DNA of 64,000 nucleotides from a virus. Taxonomy: Duplodnaviria; Heunggongvirae; Uroviricota; Caudoviricetes; Schitoviridae. The stretch is taken from the IMG/VR virus record IMGVR_UViG_2228664000_000024, positions 12,205-76,204 of that record. One strand, given 5' to 3'. The translations under genes and the position numbers were made by a program. Of the stretch, positions 55,370-64,000 are shown in pieces. Each line of letters opens with the position of its first letter. Positions within the stretch are counted from its first letter, which is position 1. Below the pieces are notes generated by a model. It was not told where the DNA came from and searched no databases. It saw only the letters and a list, made by a program, of their open reading frames with translations.

Positions 55370-55822
55370 TTAAGCAGTTACGGTCACAGTACACTGTTTG
55401 GACTGAGCCTTGTCACCATTTTTATCGGTAACTTCACAGTAGTACACACCAGCATCGCCAGCTTCCGCAGCAGACTTGCTGAAGGACGCACTGGTACGAC
55501 CGGACAGCGGAGCACCATCTTTATACCACTGGTAGGTGTAATCACCGAAACCGTCTTTAGCAGCAACGGTCAGAGTGAGTGCAGCACCAGTAGCTACAGA
55601 TTTGGTAGCAGTCAGATCGGTGGAGAAGCCCAGAGGCTTAGGCGCTTCATAGGCAGTATCACCTTTAATGGTGAGATCACCATCAACGGTTGCTTCCTGA
55701 ACCTTCAGCATACCGCCCATTTTAAGGGGCAGAAAATCGTAGCCCTGAGCGATAACATCGTCAGTGGTGACAACAGCCGAGCCGATTGGGGCTGGCTTTA
55801 CATATACACCATTAGTAGCCAT
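55370..55822 (-). CDS. Ig-like (one domain) decoration protein, paralog of 54572-55303
   Basis: YQWYKDGAPLSG...AGVYYCEVTD; shared N-terminal module VVTTDDVIAQGYDFLPLKMGGMLKVQ. Confidence 0.55.
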   Translation of the reverse strand: MATNGVYVKPAPIGSAVVTTDDVIAQGYDFLPLKMGGMLKVQEATVDGDLTIKGDTAYEAPKPLGFSTDLTATKSVATGAALTLTVAAKDGFGDYTYQWYKDGAPLSGRTSASFSKSAAEAGDAGVYYCEVTDKNGDKAQSKQCTVTVTA

Positions 55823-55880
55823 AAATAATTCCTCTCATGAAAGATTACTAACTGTACTGTATTTTACTGGTTTATAGCAA

Positions 55881-56210
55881 TTATACCAGCAAGGTATCAG
55901 TATCATTTTGCCACAGCATTGTAACTGGCTTCACAGGTAGCAGCGGCATTCCAGGACTCATCTGCGAAAGCTGCCAACTGTCGATTTCGTTCGACAGATT
56001 TTTGGAGCACGTTGGCAAGCAGAACGATGGTTTCGTTGGGGCTTTTGCCTTGCTGTCGAGTGCCGGTAACTTCGGTGCTGGTGTTGGCAAGTATCTTGTT
56101 GAGTTTTGCGTACAGCCGGTCAACAGCGGCGTTAGCAGAAGCAGCATCAGCAGCAGACTCAGCAACTCTGGCGTCAGCTTCCCCCTGAACCTTTTTAAGG
56201 TTTGTTGCAT
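55881..56210 (-). CDS. o-spanin (Rz1-like) lipoprotein embedded in +1 frame of the Rz gene
   Basis: Signal MQQTLKRFRGKLTPELLSLLLMLLLLTPLLTGC (lipobox LTGC); Pro-rich mature part; embedded architecture. Confidence 0.4.
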   Translation of the reverse strand: MQQTLKRFRGKLTPELLSLLLMLLLLTPLLTGCTQNSTRYLPTPAPKLPALDSKAKAPTKPSFCLPTCSKNLSNEIDSWQLSQMSPGMPLLPVKPVTMLWQNDTDTLLV

Positions 56211-56406
56211 ATTCTTGTTCCTTGTCTCTCGCAGCCTGCTGTGCCTTTGCTGACGCGTCGGCATACGCAGTCTGCTGGGAGTCATATTTGGACTGCCATT
56301 GGCTGTCCGTTACAAGCCAGGTTAAGTAACAAGCCCCGGCAATAATGCTCAGGGCGAGGACTAACTCGATATAAAGTTTATACTTCTGTATCAGGCTTTT
56401 GATCAT
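55903..56406 (-). CDS. i-spanin (Rz-like): N-terminal TM helix plus periplasmic coiled coil
   Basis: TM helix LYIELVLALSIIAGACYLTWLV; Ala/Gln-rich coiled coil; last gene of the lysis cassette. Confidence 0.5.
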   Translation of the reverse strand: MIKSLIQKYKLYIELVLALSIIAGACYLTWLVTDSQWQSKYDSQQTAYADASAKAQQAARDKEQEYATNLKKVQGEADARVAESAADAASANAAVDRLYAKLNKILANTSTEVTGTRQQGKSPNETIVLLANVLQKSVERNRQLAAFADESWNAAATCEASYNAVAK

Positions 56407-56617
56407 CAGGCGGAACCTTCTTCTGCTGGCTTACCACACGGGCATACAGAGCCAGTACACCAACCACACCACAGAGCCACTTAAGGGTATCTGGTGGCAG
56501 TGACTGCTTCCATTCCATAGGTAGCCAAGTCCACACTTCAGGAAGTGCTGCTAGCACGATGATCAGATGAACAGAAAACCACTTGTGGGCTTGTCTCCAG
56601 TTCTCAACCAGCTTCAT
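56378..56617 (-). CDS. Holin-like small membrane protein (79 aa, 2 TM)
   Basis: Two TM helices and a charged C-terminus; between the endolysin and spanin genes. Confidence 0.45.
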   Translation of the reverse strand: MKLVENWRQAHKWFSVHLIIVLAALPEVWTWLPMEWKQSLPPDTLKWLCGVVGVLALYARVVSQQKKVPPDDQKPDTEV

Positions 56618-57090
56618 GCTACAGTACCCCCGGCTTTTTTATACGCCAAAACCAGTGTATCCATCTTGTGCTCAAACTGTCCGTAGCCTGCACCAGGCAG
56701 AGATGCCCAACGGGATCGGCATTTAGTAATGGCAGACTCGATACGACCAGCATTGATATCGTCACTAGCTCTACATTCCTTGATCAGTTGCATTGCAATT
56801 GCATCCTGATCTTCCGGGTAAAATCCTTTAAGGCCAAGCTGCTTTTTATAAGCAACCCAGTATTTATAGAGGATCTGATATGCCCCGGCAGCGGTAGACT
56901 TAAGACCTTTATTGTTTACAGCGACCAGTACATTAGGATGCTTGCTGTAGTCAGTAAAGATCTTCGGTTCACCACCAATGCCATTAACAATTACATCGTA
57001 ACCGTTATTTTTGGTGTACTTGCTGGTACTGGTCCCTTCGGAAACAGTCAGCATTTTCAGAAAAGCTTTCTCATTATTAGTGAGTTGCAT
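56614..57090 (-). CDS. Endolysin, GH24 (T4 lysozyme-like) muramidase
   Basis: Catalytic region LTVSEGTSTSKY...NGYDV and AAGAYQILYKYW motifs. Confidence 0.7.
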   Translation of the reverse strand: MQLTNNEKAFLKMLTVSEGTSTSKYTKNNGYDVIVNGIGGEPKIFTDYSKHPNVLVAVNNKGLKSTAAGAYQILYKYWVAYKKQLGLKGFYPEDQDAIAMQLIKECRASDDINAGRIESAITKCRSRWASLPGAGYGQFEHKMDTLVLAYKKAGGTVA

Positions 57091-57102
57091 AAAACCTCCA
57101 AT

Positions 57103-57125
57103 TAAAAGGGAGCCGTTAGGCTCCC
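57103..57125 (-). terminator. Intrinsic terminator GGGAGCC-gtta-GGCTCCC plus U-tract (minus strand)
   Basis: A-run 57104-57107 on plus strand. Confidence 0.65.
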
Positions 57126-57131
57126 AGTATA

Positions 57132-59537
57132 TTACGTTGTTGGCAGAGTTGGGCGAGTAGTTAATGGAACAGTCGCCTTAATACGTGTGCCAGCAGGAAC
57201 AGCGGTCTGGATAGCGTCAGCAATGTCCATAGTGATAAGCGCACCAGGATCAGACGGTGGAGTCTGATACGGAGGCTTAACCACTCTGGTTTTCAGGTCA
57301 GTACCATTCGGCCCAGCACCAGGAATCGTAATACGAGCGCCTGGTTCAAACTGAGTGATGTAAAGCCACGGAGAACCAGAAGACTCACCATTTGGCACTT
57401 TCTGCTGAACGATGGTCTTCGTACCCACGGCTGCTGCACGGATAGCAAAGTTATCATTATCCGGTGCATACATCCCAGATGAGGTAACGATGTAAGTGGT
57501 AGTCACACCATTCTTCGTAACCAGTACCACATCTGACGTGTTGAACTCTTTCCCGGATGGGAAGTAAGAACCATCAGTACCATGTGGCCCGGTAGCCTGG
57601 TAGTACACCTGACCGACTGGAACCATCAACGGGCCAAGTTGACCAGTGAAGTTTACCCACGGCTCAGCATAGACGTTACCACCGGATCGGGTGATCTTAG
57701 AATAACGACAACGGCTGAAGAACTGACCACCCTGACCGTATTCATCGGTAGCGGTTACGTTAACCATCGTCAGCATGGTTTTATCGCTGCGTACAAAGTT
57801 ATTCGGGAATGCACCATCACCAGATTCAGGATGGCCTACGCAGTCAAACCAGCGACAGTCAATATTATTCAGGTTCAGGTGAGTAGCCACACCGAATACA
57901 CGGAAAGTGTTACAACGGATGTTTTCGAACGATGCGTTGTTATCCGTATTCGGCCCGGCAGACACACCAGCCCATACAGTACCGGTACGAGTGAAGACGT
58001 TACGCACTGCATAGTTGAAACAGGCATTAGACTTCTCACCTTGCCCGGTAGGGTTACCTTCTGGATCCAGAACAGGGTTAGTACCCCACTGGAGCATAAT
58101 CAGGCGAACCACATTAGGATTAGTGCCAGATGGTACTTTAGGCTCACCATAAACACCGTCAATGACGAAGTTCTTCGAGCCATAGCAAACGACAGTACCA
58201 GTCGCTAAACCAGAGCCAGTAGACACAGTGTTATCTGGGTCTGCGTGGATATTCTCAATGGTAAAATCACGGCCTACTTCGACGTGGACTACCTGACGAA
58301 CACCTTCGGCATAGACATTACGAATAACGAAATTCTTACAATATTGGCTATCATCGATCTCATAGCCATACGGCCCCTGCCCTGCAATACCAATACCGAT
58401 ACCCCAGTTGGACTGGAAGGTTGGAGTGTTAACGCCAGCTTTATCAGCATCGATGTTGAAGATAGCAATGTTCTCAATCACACAACCGTTGTCGTAGTGT
58501 TTCTGTACAACGTTCAGTTCGATAGCATCACCCATCAGATCGTAGAACGACAGGTTACGTGCAATGAAAGAGTTAACTTTCTCACCCGTACCCTGAGCCA
58601 GAATACCGTAGTACATACCACGGAACGTACAGCCGTCGATCTCAAACGTACCTTCAGTCTCATTACCTTGGAAGGAGATGGTAGCAACTTGACCTTTACG
58701 AGGTGGCCCATCGAAGTGGCAGTTGTGAATATACACATCACCACCCCAGTAACGCAGACGGCAGTTGTAGAACTGCACACCTTCAAGCTCAGTACCGGTT
58801 ATCTTATAATCACGGTCACCACGGAACACGCCACCAACAACTTTAATCTCACCGAGTACGAAGTTTAGAGTATTACCAAAAGTCACATCTACCCCAGTAG
58901 CATCAACGATCTTACTGGTAGTAGTTAGTGCTGCATCAAATGCAGACTGAACCGCAGCTTCAGTGGTGGCAAAACCAGCATTGATAAAATCACGCAGGTG
59001 GAGCACGTCATTCCATGCAGACAGGGAAGCTCCGGCTTTACCCAGTGTGAATTCAGCATTGGTTTCAATCCAGGCTGTAGACGATACACCGCCCGTTCCC
59101 GCAATGGTAGAACCAGCAGGTACATTAACAGGTAATGTACCGCCCCAACGATATCGCTTAGCACCAAGGCCAATAGTTTCATTCTTACGTTGCAACGTAG
59201 CGCCAGATGTAAACGTCTGGTTTAGATCGAAGTATTCACCCCGGTCTACTGCTAAAGCACCCAGGTCTACAGTGCCACCAGAATGCGTCAGAACACCCGC
59301 AGTGGAAAAGGACGTAACAGTACCAGTTAAGCCAGTAGGAAGCATATAAGCTCGCTGACTGGCTTTATCGTAGATAGCTTTATAGCCTGACAGAGGTTGC
59401 CCAGCTTTCGCATAGCAAACCTCGTTGTCACCAATACCAAAGTTACGAGCAATACTCTGCTTGTTTACCTCAGTATTGATAACCTGTTTGGGCTGTCGGA
59501 ATTGAGATTCCATAATAACTCCTGTTGTTATTCTCAA
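57132..59537 (-). CDS. Tailspike protein with right-handed beta-helix (pectate-lyase-like) fold, candidate polysaccharide depolymerase
   Basis: 801 aa; repetitive beta-helix rungs (NxxxGxxxxG-type, many Asn/Gly/Val ladders); position next to the second tailspike. Confidence 0.55.
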   Translation of the reverse strand: MRITTGVIMESQFRQPKQVINTEVNKQSIARNFGIGDNEVCYAKAGQPLSGYKAIYDKASQRAYMLPTGLTGTVTSFSTAGVLTHSGGTVDLGALAVDRGEYFDLNQTFTSGATLQRKNETIGLGAKRYRWGGTLPVNVPAGSTIAGTGGVSSTAWIETNAEFTLGKAGASLSAWNDVLHLRDFINAGFATTEAAVQSAFDAALTTTSKIVDATGVDVTFGNTLNFVLGEIKVVGGVFRGDRDYKITGTELEGVQFYNCRLRYWGGDVYIHNCHFDGPPRKGQVATISFQGNETEGTFEIDGCTFRGMYYGILAQGTGEKVNSFIARNLSFYDLMGDAIELNVVQKHYDNGCVIENIAIFNIDADKAGVNTPTFQSNWGIGIGIAGQGPYGYEIDDSQYCKNFVIRNVYAEGVRQVVHVEVGRDFTIENIHADPDNTVSTGSGLATGTVVCYGSKNFVIDGVYGEPKVPSGTNPNVVRLIMLQWGTNPVLDPEGNPTGQGEKSNACFNYAVRNVFTRTGTVWAGVSAGPNTDNNASFENIRCNTFRVFGVATHLNLNNIDCRWFDCVGHPESGDGAFPNNFVRSDKTMLTMVNVTATDEYGQGGQFFSRCRYSKITRSGGNVYAEPWVNFTGQLGPLMVPVGQVYYQATGPHGTDGSYFPSGKEFNTSDVVLVTKNGVTTTYIVTSSGMYAPDNDNFAIRAAAVGTKTIVQQKVPNGESSGSPWLYITQFEPGARITIPGAGPNGTDLKTRVVKPPYQTPPSDPGALITMDIADAIQTAVPAGTRIKATVPLTTRPTLPTT

Positions 59538-59539
59538 TG

Positions 59540-59559
59540 GAAAAGCCCCCGAAGGGGCT
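59540..59559 (-). terminator. Intrinsic terminator AGCCCC-ttcg-GGGGCT plus U-tract (minus strand)
   Basis: A-run on plus strand 59541-59544. Confidence 0.6.
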
Positions 59560-59563
59560 TGTC

Positions 59564-62332
59564 TTACTTACGCAACCACGTTAACCCAGATAAGCCAATG
59601 AAGTTAGTTGCCGTAGTTGCACCGTAAAGGAAGATCTCCCCTAACGGTGTAACTTGCACGTTTACCCCTTGAGTATCTGCGTACACCATAAACTGCTCTG
59701 TATAGATAGGCGCGAGATTACGAGGAATAGTTGCAATCAGTGTACCGTTTGCAACACTACCCGTACTTTTAAAAATAATACCGCCTAACGACACCATACC
59801 ATTGTTGCTTAAGCTAACACGGGCAGGGCGATCCCCAGTGTTAATCAACCAGTTATTTTGTGCGTTTACCACAAGCATGCCAGGGCTACGCTCAGTACGG
59901 GTAGAAGCCAGAGTACCCATGATAGCTCTGGCTACAGCACGAGCGATAACACAGTTAGCTGTAGTAGTAGGGTGAATGTTATCGTGCAGGAAACTATCCC
60001 CTGCCCCCACCATATTAACGTACAGATTCGGGTTAATGTAGTAGGCTGCAATCGGGCCTTCAATAGCCGTAAGGTCTACCAGTTTAGCTCCGGTTTCCGC
60101 AGCAACACGAGCAACAGTATTACGATAACGGAATGCCTTTTCAGCATTAGCTGATGGCTGACCACGAACAGATCCGGCCTCGGTCTGGGTGTACCAAATA
60201 CCAAACTTACACAGAATCACAGTAACACCAGCAGCATTACAGATATTAATCATGCTTGTAAGGTTATTTTTGTACGCCGTTAAATCGGTCTGCCCTTGAC
60301 CATCATTAGTGCCTACAGCGATAACAACAATATTGGCATCTGACACGCCTTCAGACTGCATGATAGCAAGCTGCCCGGCAGTATTATCACCCGGAATAGC
60401 TTTGTTGATGATACGCCAATTACGTAACCCTTCAGAGAACTCAAGTTCATCTTTAAGGAAGTTAGGCCAGCAATCAACACGGGGTGCTGAGATGGAATCC
60501 CCGAACACTTTAACCGTTACAAAACCATTTCGAGTGTAGCGGTTGTTAACGGTCAATACAGGTTGGTAAACGTTAACTAAAGGATTACTTAAACCAGTAT
60601 TGAAGTATGCACCGAAACCAGCATCTTTGATGTAACCAGGTGCATTGATAGTCGTTAAATGGAAACCATTTAACAGAATATCGTAATTATTCATACTGTT
60701 AATACGGATTTTCCACTCACAGTTAACCGGTGAATACGCCGGATGGTCATGCAGCATTGGGAAATCCAGAGTTGTGGTAAGGGCAGTCTTACCGATCTCT
60801 TTATAGATTTGCGTAATGCTAGCACCTGTCTGGGTTGGCTGAGCAAATACCCCAGAGAAACCACCGGAAGAACGCACAATAGCCGCTAACTGAGGGGTAC
60901 TGTTGATCAAGATACAGGAGGAGATCTCGTATCCAACAGTTACATCCATAAAGGCCATATGGAATGCGTCATCGCCAGCGGAAGCAGATATAGAAGCAGA
61001 CAGCGTATTTACACTGCTGAAAGTATCTGCAAGCCAGGTATCCTGATTAGGCCATGCAATCTTCTGAGCAAACATATCCGTAGATGGGATGATAGCCTTA
61101 GTAGTTGCTCGGTCAAAAGAAGCCTCCTCAAGGAAGGTACGTTTAGCCGCCTTAGTATGGTTATTATATGGAGAGGCCAGATACTCAGTCTTAAGGTTAC
61201 GGAACACAAAACGGGTATCCGTAGTGAAACCGATGTACTGAGCAGAAGCTTTACCGGCCAACCAATCAGTAGGTACTGAGAGTTTAACGTTAGGATCTAC
61301 GTCCAGGATTTTGTTCTGCACAGTATCAGGATCAAAAGCCGAGAAATAGTACACATTGGCTGTCCCAGGGATATATGGGAAGCGAATTACCGAACAGTTA
61401 GTTGCAATCAGATTCAGCAATGAAGGCGTACAATCAGTTACCCCATCCGGTTCTGCACCCGTAGTTGAACCATCTTGAATGGTTACAATGTGGCGCATCT
61501 TTTCGTGTACAGTAGTGGGGTTAGAGTTACTGAACGGCTGTTTAACCCGTACCAGTTCATCACCCTTACCGGATGCAGAACTAATTAAATCGCTACGGAC
61601 AGTACGATCTAAACCAGCCAAATCAGTATTGATATCATTCAATACTTCCTGAACCGTATCCCCAGAGGTAGTACCAACTAAACTAGCCCCATTATTGGAA
61701 GCCAGTGTATGAGGGAAATCCGTAGGGTTATCTGAGTACATACCCAGAATAATAGAGATTTCCATCCCCATAGGGATGCCTTCAGCCAGGGTAATAGTCT
61801 TCGTAGTCTTATCGAATACGAAGCCACGACCAGGCTCCTGTCGAGCACCTTCGATATAGATACACTGTACATCCAGTGCATTTTTATCATCTGGTACAGG
61901 AATGGTTGTCTGACCTTCGGATACAGCAGTGTAGTACCATGTAACCACAGCGATCCCTGCAATAGCAGTTGCCAGTTCATCAGCAATCTCTTGCAGTTTT
62001 TTAGCTGTCTCTTCAAGTGATACTGCTACATCGGTAATAGTTTTTAGTGCATCGGTTGCAGTAGTTGCTGCAAGTTCCGCTGCATCACGATAGTCCTTCG
62101 CTTCGGCTGCGCTGGCTGCTGACGCAGCCGCTGCATCCTCGCTGGCTTTGGCAGCGTCTTCTGCTCGTTTAACCAGGGCTTCAAGCTGCTCTTGCAAAGT
62201 AGCAAGAGCATCACGGATAGCCTGTTCGATGCAGTTCACTGGAGCACATTCGTTGCAATCACAAGTGCAATCGGAGTTACCACCGCAGCCGCAAGAGCAA
62301 GGTTCATAAGTTTTGTCATCATTGCAAGACAT
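59564..62332 (-). CDS. Tailspike with C-terminal SGNH/GDSL hydrolase (esterase) domain and Cys-rich N-terminus
   Basis: Block I VFGDSIS; block III GTNDG; block V DNIHPT (DxxH). N-terminal CSCGCGGNSDCTCDCNEC. Resembles the esterase tailspike architecture of G7C-like phages. Confidence 0.65.
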   Translation of the reverse strand: MSCNDDKTYEPCSCGCGGNSDCTCDCNECAPVNCIEQAIRDALATLQEQLEALVKRAEDAAKASEDAAAASAASAAEAKDYRDAAELAATTATDALKTITDVAVSLEETAKKLQEIADELATAIAGIAVVTWYYTAVSEGQTTIPVPDDKNALDVQCIYIEGARQEPGRGFVFDKTTKTITLAEGIPMGMEISIILGMYSDNPTDFPHTLASNNGASLVGTTSGDTVQEVLNDINTDLAGLDRTVRSDLISSASGKGDELVRVKQPFSNSNPTTVHEKMRHIVTIQDGSTTGAEPDGVTDCTPSLLNLIATNCSVIRFPYIPGTANVYYFSAFDPDTVQNKILDVDPNVKLSVPTDWLAGKASAQYIGFTTDTRFVFRNLKTEYLASPYNNHTKAAKRTFLEEASFDRATTKAIIPSTDMFAQKIAWPNQDTWLADTFSSVNTLSASISASAGDDAFHMAFMDVTVGYEISSCILINSTPQLAAIVRSSGGFSGVFAQPTQTGASITQIYKEIGKTALTTTLDFPMLHDHPAYSPVNCEWKIRINSMNNYDILLNGFHLTTINAPGYIKDAGFGAYFNTGLSNPLVNVYQPVLTVNNRYTRNGFVTVKVFGDSISAPRVDCWPNFLKDELEFSEGLRNWRIINKAIPGDNTAGQLAIMQSEGVSDANIVVIAVGTNDGQGQTDLTAYKNNLTSMINICNAAGVTVILCKFGIWYTQTEAGSVRGQPSANAEKAFRYRNTVARVAAETGAKLVDLTAIEGPIAAYYINPNLYVNMVGAGDSFLHDNIHPTTTANCVIARAVARAIMGTLASTRTERSPGMLVVNAQNNWLINTGDRPARVSLSNNGMVSLGGIIFKSTGSVANGTLIATIPRNLAPIYTEQFMVYADTQGVNVQVTPLGEIFLYGATTATNFIGLSGLTWLRK

Positions 62333-62341
62333 GGTATCTCC

Positions 62342-63064
62342 TTAGTTTGTTTGTGTACCAACAACAGTGCCATCAGTGTCACTGGTAGGCTCACCAAATT
62401 TAATACGTAACTTTCCAAAGGAATCTACCCAAAGAACATAACCACCCAAAAGCAATTTGTTCTGAAGGTTAATACCCTGGATCTTAACTACAGCTTCCAT
62501 GATGGAGTTAAGTACAGCTTGTAATGCAGCCTGAGTTAAGGCTACCTGCTGTCGGTCTTCACTGGTTTGCTGTGCATTTCCTGAAGCCTGATCAGCCGAG
62601 TTCTTAGCAGAGTTAGCATAAGACTCTGTATCAGCTTCCAGCACTTTGGCTTCATCAACAAGTGCTGACACTTCAGCTTTTGCTGCAACGATCTGAGCCA
62701 GGATATACTCACCATACTTATCCTGTTCGTTAGCTTGAGTAACGATAAGATCCTGAAAGTCTACCGGGGTAGAAATCTCAGGCACATAAAACAGGAAGTG
62801 ACCTGGTACAGCATCGTCGTCGTAAGAGTAGGTAAGGATGTAGGGATACGGCAGAGGCCACAGGTGCATCTGTACGTAACCTTTGTCATCCGTGCAATAG
62901 AGTTCCTCTTTATCCTCTACAACGCCGGTTAAACCATCCCAGTAGCTTGCACGTACTGGTTTGATAACGAAGCGAGTATTAGTAAGAGGCCACCCATTTG
63001 GGTTCTTCAGGTATACGTCAATCAACGTTGTACCCGCAGGAATGATAGCGGTATCGCTCATCAT
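62342..63064 (-). CDS. Tail fiber/tailspike adaptor protein (240 aa)
   Basis: First gene of the minus-strand tail operon; coiled-coil middle segment. Confidence 0.4.
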   Translation of the reverse strand: MMSDTAIIPAGTTLIDVYLKNPNGWPLTNTRFVIKPVRASYWDGLTGVVEDKEELYCTDDKGYVQMHLWPLPYPYILTYSYDDDAVPGHFLFYVPEISTPVDFQDLIVTQANEQDKYGEYILAQIVAAKAEVSALVDEAKVLEADTESYANSAKNSADQASGNAQQTSEDRQQVALTQAALQAVLNSIMEAVVKIQGINLQNKLLLGGYVLWVDSFGKLRIKFGEPTSDTDGTVVGTQTN

Positions 63065-63162
63065 GGAGTCTCCTATATTCGAATGCCTAAATCATAAACT
63101 GTTTTCTTACCAAAGGGCAGTTCCCTGCCCGCTTTATGATGTTAAATCTGGAGATTATCTAA

Positions 63163-63939
63163 ATGTCGCAACAAGTTGCTGAATATGTAGACCACATGGG
63201 TACTGATAAATCCGTGGTCAACGCAGCCCGTCTATCTTTCGGTGTAGGCCATGAAACCAGTGGTGAATTAACCAAGAAAGATATTGGCCTTATTCACTTT
63301 CTGGCTTTCGGTCTGCGTAGTGATGAACGTCAGTCTATCCTCGCGGAAATCCGTGACGGGGTGAAAAACGTTTACAGTGAAGAATTCGACGGGCAATCGG
63401 ATGAATACGCACTGGAACTTTATAACCAGATCCGCCATCAGGCCGTTCACTGGACGCCATTTGCACATACTGCAATTAGTATTCGCATGAAAGCCCCGAT
63501 CCCAATCCGTACCCAATGCTTCAAGCACAAGCAGGGTCTGGTTGAAAACGAGGAGTCTCGCCGTTACATCAGCGATACCCCGGAGATCTTTATCCCTGAA
63601 TTCCGATCCAAACCAGAAGGTTCAATTAAGCAGGGTAGTGGTGGCTTACATCCAGATAATGAATACTGGAAAGATGTATATACCGTTCAAACTATGTCTG
63701 CTGTACACACTTATAACGGTATGCTTAAAGCCGGTATTGCCCCGGAACAAGCACGTATGGTACTGCCACAGGGTGCAATGGTTAACTGGCTTTGGACAGG
63801 TAACCTCATGGCATTTGCCAACTTTTATAACAAGCGTAGCGATCCCCACGCGCAGGGTGAGATTCAGGATCTTGCTGAACTGGTGAAGCAAGTTGTTGAA
63901 TCCCTGTACCCAGTAAGCTGGGCAGCACTGACACGGTAA
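63163..63939 (+). CDS. thyX: ThyX-like flavin-dependent thymidylate synthase family protein (signature RHR replaced by KHK)
   Basis: FAHTAISIRMKAPIPIRTQCFKHKQGLVENEESRRY follows the Thy1 family pattern H..S..F.....S......RHR.......ESxRY; RBS GGAGA. Confidence 0.55.
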   Translation: MSQQVAEYVDHMGTDKSVVNAARLSFGVGHETSGELTKKDIGLIHFLAFGLRSDERQSILAEIRDGVKNVYSEEFDGQSDEYALELYNQIRHQAVHWTPFAHTAISIRMKAPIPIRTQCFKHKQGLVENEESRRYISDTPEIFIPEFRSKPEGSIKQGSGGLHPDNEYWKDVYTVQTMSAVHTYNGMLKAGIAPEQARMVLPQGAMVNWLWTGNLMAFANFYNKRSDPHAQGEIQDLAELVKQVVESLYPVSWAALTR

Positions 63940-64000
63940 CTCTATGGGTAAACAGTACAGTCAATTATCCCCAGCAGAACAAAGCTATGTCTTTAATAAT

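Noticed and set aside
57582-58868. Two approximately 207-aa plus-strand ORFs
   Set aside because: They are antisense to the beta-helix tailspike gene. The repetitive codon structure of beta-helix genes commonly yields long antisense ORFs.
1-64000. Prophage/integration signals (integrase, att sites, transposase, host flanking genes)
   Set aside because: None were found. All 64 kb are phage-like with lytic-type organisation and an N4-like virion RNAP, so the window is read as a lytic phage genome segment rather than a prophage or island.

Overview
This 64 kb window appears to be a segment of a lytic N4-like (Schitoviridae) podophage of an enterobacterial host; it is not bacterial chromosome. 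The basis for the N4-like call is the overall gene set and order, described below.

Layout:
- 1..23606, minus strand: late/structural module. It opens with a >2,250-aa ORF that runs off the window start and carries T7-family RNA polymerase motifs (the N4 hallmark virion-encapsidated RNAP). Upstream on the same strand are virion proteins, major capsid, scaffold, portal and terminase. A plus-strand accessory island (MazG-like gene, 4 tRNAs plus one aberrant tRNA-like gene, small ORFs) interrupts this module between portal and terminase.
- 23616..54545, plus strand: densely packed early/middle/replication genes. These include a split T7-like RNAP (N4 RNAP II-like), HNH endonuclease, LysM protein, SPFH lipoprotein, two AAA ATPases, a VWA-metallopeptidase, an SF1 helicase, rIIA-like and rIIB-like proteins, family-A DNA polymerase and Dam methylase.
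- 54572..63064, minus strand: Ig-like decoration paralogs, a lysis cassette (endolysin, holin, Rz/embedded Rz1) and two tailspikes, one carrying an SGNH esterase domain.
- 63163..63939, plus strand: ThyX-like gene.

Most transcription units end in UUCG-tetraloop intrinsic terminators. No CRISPR array, integrase, transposase or rRNA was seen.

Most notable non-canonical signals:
- a near-complete ribosomal bL12 (L7/L12) C-terminal domain embedded in the rIIB-like protein;
- two conserved families of short GC-rich hairpins with 3-nt loops in the early region, reminiscent of N4 vRNAP hairpin promoters;
- a tRNA-like gene with an aberrant anticodon arm;
- an SPFH lipoprotein / second lipoprotein / small membrane protein cluster;
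- an AT-rich iteron-bearing non-coding stretch at the late/early boundary.
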